39,766 nt of DNA from the NCBI GenBank assembly GCA_945871045.1, contig CAMBUC010000001.1, forward strand, positions 1 through 39,766, written 5' to 3'. The notes under the pieces were generated by a model. The model did not search any database, was not told the origin of the DNA, and worked only from the letters and a program-made list of their open reading frames with translations. Position numbers and translations under genes: made by a program. Within the stretch, counting starts at the first letter, position 1. The number at the start of each line of letters is the position of its first letter. Positions 36,357 through 39,766 of this stretch are shown here, in pieces. Source of the stretch: an uncultured bacterium (GTDB lineage: Bacteria; Bacillota; Clostridia; Lachnospirales; Lachnospiraceae).

Positions 36357-37202
36357 ATGAAAGATAGAGTACCAAAATATCCGGGGCGTGTTTACGTTAC
36401 CCCAGAAAATGGGGGCGCGCCGTATTATGCGACTGTTGAGAGAGCGGATGAGCCTGTTGAGGTTGGCACACCTTTAAATAAGGCAACTTTGCTAAGCGAT
36501 GATGTCGCTAACTTGATTAGTTTATCGGGAGATCAGGCGACCGTAAGCGAAGCTTTAAAAGCTGTATTTAATCTCGCAAATCCATATGCAAGCACTTCGC
36601 GATACGGCAGAACGAAACTTACATCTGCTCTCTCTAACAGCGAATCGTTAGCTGTTACACCGAAAGCAGTCAACGCAATTAACGATAAGATAGAGAAAAT
36701 ACCGTCACGGGAACTTCTATTTTCAGAATCTTATACATATGAAGACAATATTATCAGGATAGAGTTAGATTTATCTTCTATAGACTTATCCAAATACATG
36801 TCTATAAGTATACATATTGAATCTTCATCAACACCCTCCAGTTTGTCTTCTTATGTTTCGTTTTCGGGGATATCTAATAGTAGTGATGGAGTCGCCTTAG
36901 TACTGGATACAGACAGTGACCTCACTATGGCAAGATACGAGTACAACGATGATATTCCCATATGTAACGACGACTGGACAAGCGCCTCCCTGTCAGGAGC
37001 TCGTATTATGGATATTAATATTCCTATACGTAGTAGCGATCCGACCTCAATGCCGACCGGCTTAATATCTCGAATAGTAATGTCCGGATACTCCAATATC
37101 GTAATTGGAAATATAAATGATAGTTGGGATGGTCAGAAAATAACGGTGTACACAGATAGGCTCGGGAAAGGAAGTACATATGTATATGGAGAGAAAATAT
37201 GA
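36357..37202 (+). CDS. Tail fibre / receptor-binding protein
   Basis: MKDRVPKYPGRV..GTPLNKATLL; fibre repeat AST..YG.TKL..SESLAVTPKAV; AT-richer C-terminal half. Confidence 0.72.
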   Translation: MKDRVPKYPGRVYVTPENGGAPYYATVERADEPVEVGTPLNKATLLSDDVANLISLSGDQATVSEALKAVFNLANPYASTSRYGRTKLTSALSNSESLAVTPKAVNAINDKIEKIPSRELLFSESYTYEDNIIRIELDLSSIDLSKYMSISIHIESSSTPSSLSSYVSFSGISNSSDGVALVLDTDSDLTMARYEYNDDIPICNDDWTSASLSGARIMDINIPIRSSDPTSMPTGLISRIVMSGYSNIVIGNINDSWDGQKITVYTDRLGKGSTYVYGEKI

Positions 37203-37360
37203 GTGAGAAAACAAACAAATTAATATTAAGCGCAGAAGGTTCGAGAATTGAAGAAACGGATGTTCCGAAACCGGGTAAAATTACAGAAACTCCCAGTAAG
37301 TTTGTGACGTGGGACGCACTCGCAGATGCCTATAGAGAGGGGGTCGAATCCATTGGATAA
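37199..37360 (+). CDS. 53-aa hypothetical protein (fibre-associated; not in ORF track)
   Basis: ATGA overlap; ..VTWDALADAYREGVESIG. Confidence 0.65.
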   Translation: MSEKTNKLILSAEGSRIEETDVPKPGKITETPSKFVTWDALADAYREGVESIG

Positions 37361-37820
37361 TAAATCCATCGTTTTAAATGCCATGCGCTCTCAGGGCGCC
37401 GCAGATGCCGCCGCACTGGCGGCGAAGTCAGTAGATGGCGATGCAGATGGTACGACTCTGATCGCCGCCGAACATCAGATCCCGACGTGGCGGCAGCGGG
37501 ACTTTACGGATGTACCGATTGGCACTCCGTACCGGTACAATGGTCAGGTATACAAGTTATGGCAGGCACATGATTCCACGAATCAGCCGGACTGGAATCC
37601 GGATAAAGCAGTCAGTCTTTGGGATATCTGTCACACGACAGATCCGAAAACAGCAAAAGAATATGTAACATCTCAAGGCACTCGCGGCATGTATCAGGTC
37701 GACGAGTGCTGTTTCTTTGAGGGGAAAACATATCGATGCACGGCAGCCAACACGGTACATAGCCCGAAGGAACTGCCGGCATCATGGGAAGAAGTAACAG
37801 CAGAAGAGATGGAGGTTTAA
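37353..37820 (+). CDS. Carbohydrate-binding (CBM5/12-like) domain protein
   Basis: YNGQVYKLWQAHDS..W.P..SLW; EGKTYRC..SP..PASW. Confidence 0.72.
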   Translation: MDNKSIVLNAMRSQGAADAAALAAKSVDGDADGTTLIAAEHQIPTWRQRDFTDVPIGTPYRYNGQVYKLWQAHDSTNQPDWNPDKAVSLWDICHTTDPKTAKEYVTSQGTRGMYQVDECCFFEGKTYRCTAANTVHSPKELPASWEEVTAEEMEV

Positions 37821-37821
37821 C

Positions 37822-38052
37822 ATGAAAAGAAACTACAAAGAGATTGCGAAGAAGAACATTTTTATTGCCCGCGCTGCGGAGATCAGAGATATCTGCTTAA
37901 AGGAAGACGTGGACATTGGTGTCGGTCTTGACATGTACATTTCAAATCATGGAATTCAGAAAACAGAAGAAATCACGAAGCAGTATCAGGAATTCCGTAA
38001 CTATTGCAGAGAAGATACTCTGAAAAATATTGTGGAGGCACTGGGAAAATAG
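37822..38052 (+). CDS. Hypothetical protein
   Basis: SD GGAGG, 76 aa. Confidence 0.65.
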   Translation: MKRNYKEIAKKNIFIARAAEIRDICLKEDVDIGVGLDMYISNHGIQKTEEITKQYQEFRNYCREDTLKNIVEALGK

Positions 38053-38057
38053 TGGAC

Positions 38058-38360
38058 ATGCTTACACAGATTGCGTGGTCTGCCCTGCCTGCTCTTTTGA
38101 GCGGTATTGTGCTTGCGATTTTTGGAAGACGTCAAAATAAACGGGATAAAGCCGCAGACAAAAGGGAAGAAGAACGGAAAAAGAGCGAGGTCGTAAAGCT
38201 TGACCTTTTAGTAGCCACCGCAGAGCTGACCAGAGCTACAGCCGTAGCAGTCAAATATGGAAATACAAATGGAGAAATGTCTGAAGGGCTGCGCAGATAC
38301 AACGAAGCAATTGAACAGTTCCGGGAATTTGAGCGGGATAAGTTAGCGGAGCAGGTATAG
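38058..38360 (+). CDS. Single-TM holin-like protein
   Basis: N-terminal hydrophobic helix, charged coil, TNGEM. Confidence 0.65.
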   Translation: MLTQIAWSALPALLSGIVLAIFGRRQNKRDKAADKREEERKKSEVVKLDLLVATAELTRATAVAVKYGNTNGEMSEGLRRYNEAIEQFREFERDKLAEQV

Positions 38361-38456
38361 ATCGGTCGCCTTATTAAAAAAGTGGTCGATTTTTTTAATA
38401 AGGTTTCAAATTCCTACATTATATTAAACAGACTATTAAAAGAGGTGAAAACTGAA

Positions 38457-38648
38457 ATGACAAAAAAATGGTGGAAAGCTGCAGGAATAAGAGCAGTAAA
38501 GACGATCGCTCAGACGGCAATCGCTACAATCGGTGCATCGGTCCTGCTGTCCGAGGTCAATTGGTTAGCAGTGGCATCTGCTTCGGCGTTGGCCGGCATC
38601 CTGTCTCTGCTGACCAGTGTCGCAGGGCTTCCAGAGCTGGAGGAATAA
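38457..38648 (+). CDS. Holin (r1t family)
   Basis: [31 protein letters not shown]. Confidence 0.92.
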   Translation: MTKKWWKAAGIRAVKTIAQTAIATIGASVLLSEVNWLAVASASALAGILSLLTSVAGLPELEE

Positions 38649-38736
38649 TATGGCGGTTGATATAGGTCTATGGTAAAATAAGGACAAGGATTACCGTTTG
38701 GCGGTCGGTCACTCTCTGATAAAGGGGGTGACGCTT

Positions 38737-38823
38737 ATGGTTACATACTCAGAGCTGTTTACATTCAGCTCGCTGATCGTGAGTATTATTACCCTTTGCG
38801 TGTTGTTACTGCGCAAGAAATAG
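38737..38823 (+). CDS. 28-aa type I toxin (holin-like toxin type; not in ORF track)
   Basis: SD AAAGGGGGTG; MVTYSELFTFSSLIVSIITLCVLLLRKK; TG-G-TAAAAT promoter at 38671-38679. Confidence 0.82.
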   Translation: MVTYSELFTFSSLIVSIITLCVLLLRKK

Positions 38824-38917
38824 CAAAGACCGCCTAATCTGAGGATTAGACGGTCGCTTTGGAAAAGTATTTCTCGGACTGACCGCCGTACCAAAGGCGG
38901 TAATCCTTTTTCTATCT
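38815..38917 (-). ncRNA. Putative antisense antitoxin RNA
   Basis: Minus-strand TTGATT-N17-TAATCT (38952-38924, TG-extended); terminator-like hairpin 38825-38860. Confidence 0.68.
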
Positions 38918-39014
38918 ATATTAAGATTACCACGCAGGAAGAACTTAATCAAGGAAATTTCAGAGGAAGCCGGAAAGCTTCTTTTTTTTCGTGCAGGAAA
39001 TCAGGAGGTGAAAA

Positions 39015-39713
39015 ATGCAGATCAAACAGCAGATTATCCCAAAGAGCAGAAAAACACAGCGGCCGGGTATCGCCATGATTCCGCAGTTTATTACGATCCA
39101 TAGCACCGGGAATCCGTCCAGCACAGCGCAGAACGAAGCGGACTATGTTTGTAAGAATTCTGTCCGTCAGGCATCGTTTCATTTCGTCTGCGACGAGAAG
39201 CAGGTGATTCAGGTGATTCCAACGAATGAGATTGCCTGGCACGCCGGAGACGGCGGCAGCGGTACAGGAAATCGAAAGAGCATCGCGATTGAAATCTGCG
39301 AGAGCGGCAATCGGAAGGCAGCCGTAGATAATGCGGTGCAGCTGACGAAACAGCTTATGGATGAATGCAAAATTCAGCCGGGGAATGTCTTTCAGCATCA
39401 TCATTGGAGCGGCAAGAACTGTCCGCGGATTCTGAGAGATAATAAATACATAAAGGATAGAATCGACTGGAAATATTTCACGGCGAAAATCAGAGAAGAG
39501 GAGGAAGAGATGACACAGGAACAGTTTAACAAGATGATGGAGAACTATTTAGCATCGAGAGCACAGAAAGCGCCTCACGACTGGTCGGAGGAAGACCGAA
39601 AGTGGGCGGAGAAAAATGGTATCATCCAGGGAGATCCTGACGGCGAGAAAAGATACCAGTCTTTCATCACCAGAGAAGAAGCTGCGGCGATGCTGCACCG
39701 GACGATCAAGTGA
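39015..39713 (+). CDS. N-acetylmuramoyl-L-alanine amidase endolysin (Amidase_2) with SLH-like C-terminus
   Basis: ITIHSTGN, SFHF, AWHAGDG, IEICE, QHHHWSGKNCP; GIIQG..ITREEAAAML.R. Confidence 0.93.
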   Translation: MQIKQQIIPKSRKTQRPGIAMIPQFITIHSTGNPSSTAQNEADYVCKNSVRQASFHFVCDEKQVIQVIPTNEIAWHAGDGGSGTGNRKSIAIEICESGNRKAAVDNAVQLTKQLMDECKIQPGNVFQHHHWSGKNCPRILRDNKYIKDRIDWKYFTAKIREEEEEMTQEQFNKMMENYLASRAQKAPHDWSEEDRKWAEKNGIIQGDPDGEKRYQSFITREEAAAMLHRTIK

Positions 39714-39730
39714 TATTATCCGATCAGTTG

Positions 39731-39760
39731 AAAAAGAGCCGGAAAAAAATTCCCGGCTCT
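39731..39760. terminator. Hairpin after endolysin
   Basis: AGAGCCGG..CCGGCTCT with A-tract on the left (U-tract on minus strand). Confidence 0.6.
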
Positions 39761-39766
39761 GATCAG

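Larger units (their letters stand above)
98..39766. mobile_element. Temperate siphovirus-like prophage (right boundary beyond window)
   Basis: Ordered modules from integrase to endolysin; tape measure present, no sheath gene. Confidence 0.96.

Noticed and set aside
36357-37820. Diversity-generating retroelement or invertible fibre cassette
   Set aside because: No reverse transcriptase, template/variable repeat pair or invertase seen
38370-38433. Second solitary CRISPR repeat (minus strand GTCTGTTTAATATAATGTAGGAATTTGAAAC) beside an AT-rich hairpin
   Set aside because: Only the 3' GAAAC-type end resembles type I-B/III repeats; too weak in AT-rich DNA without a match to host repeats
39714-39766. 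Right att site
   Set aside because: No copy of the 98-132 core; the prophage end lies outside the window

Overview
A nearly complete temperate siphovirus-type prophage of a Firmicute (Clostridia-like SD and promoter usage), integrated at the 3' end of a tRNA gene (att fragment at 98-132; the second att is not in the window). Order: tyrosine integrase; leftward accessory block (secreted ComEC-like MBL nuclease, DUF4160 pair, lipoprotein); ImmA/ImmR-Cro switch with 15-bp operators; antirepressor; DUF2800-DUF2815-PolA-VapE replication module with a repeat-rich putative origin; VRR-NUC/SNF2; late activator; terminases, portal, MuF-type minor capsid fused to an Ntox50-like toxin; head and tail genes; holins; a type I toxin-antitoxin; amidase endolysin. 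Most notable observations: (1) a solitary type I-C CRISPR repeat in the leader of the nuclease moron; (2) three adjacent tail genes with complementary halves of a split Ig domain, suggesting a head-to-tail polymerising fibre; (3) a Com-like zinc-ribbon micro-gene followed by a hairpin occluding the tape-measure SD; (4) a near-consensus promoter inside the MuF gene at the toxin junction; (5) several promoter-terminator antisense sRNA units and two frameshifted genes. All family assignments are from motif recognition by eye, not database searches.
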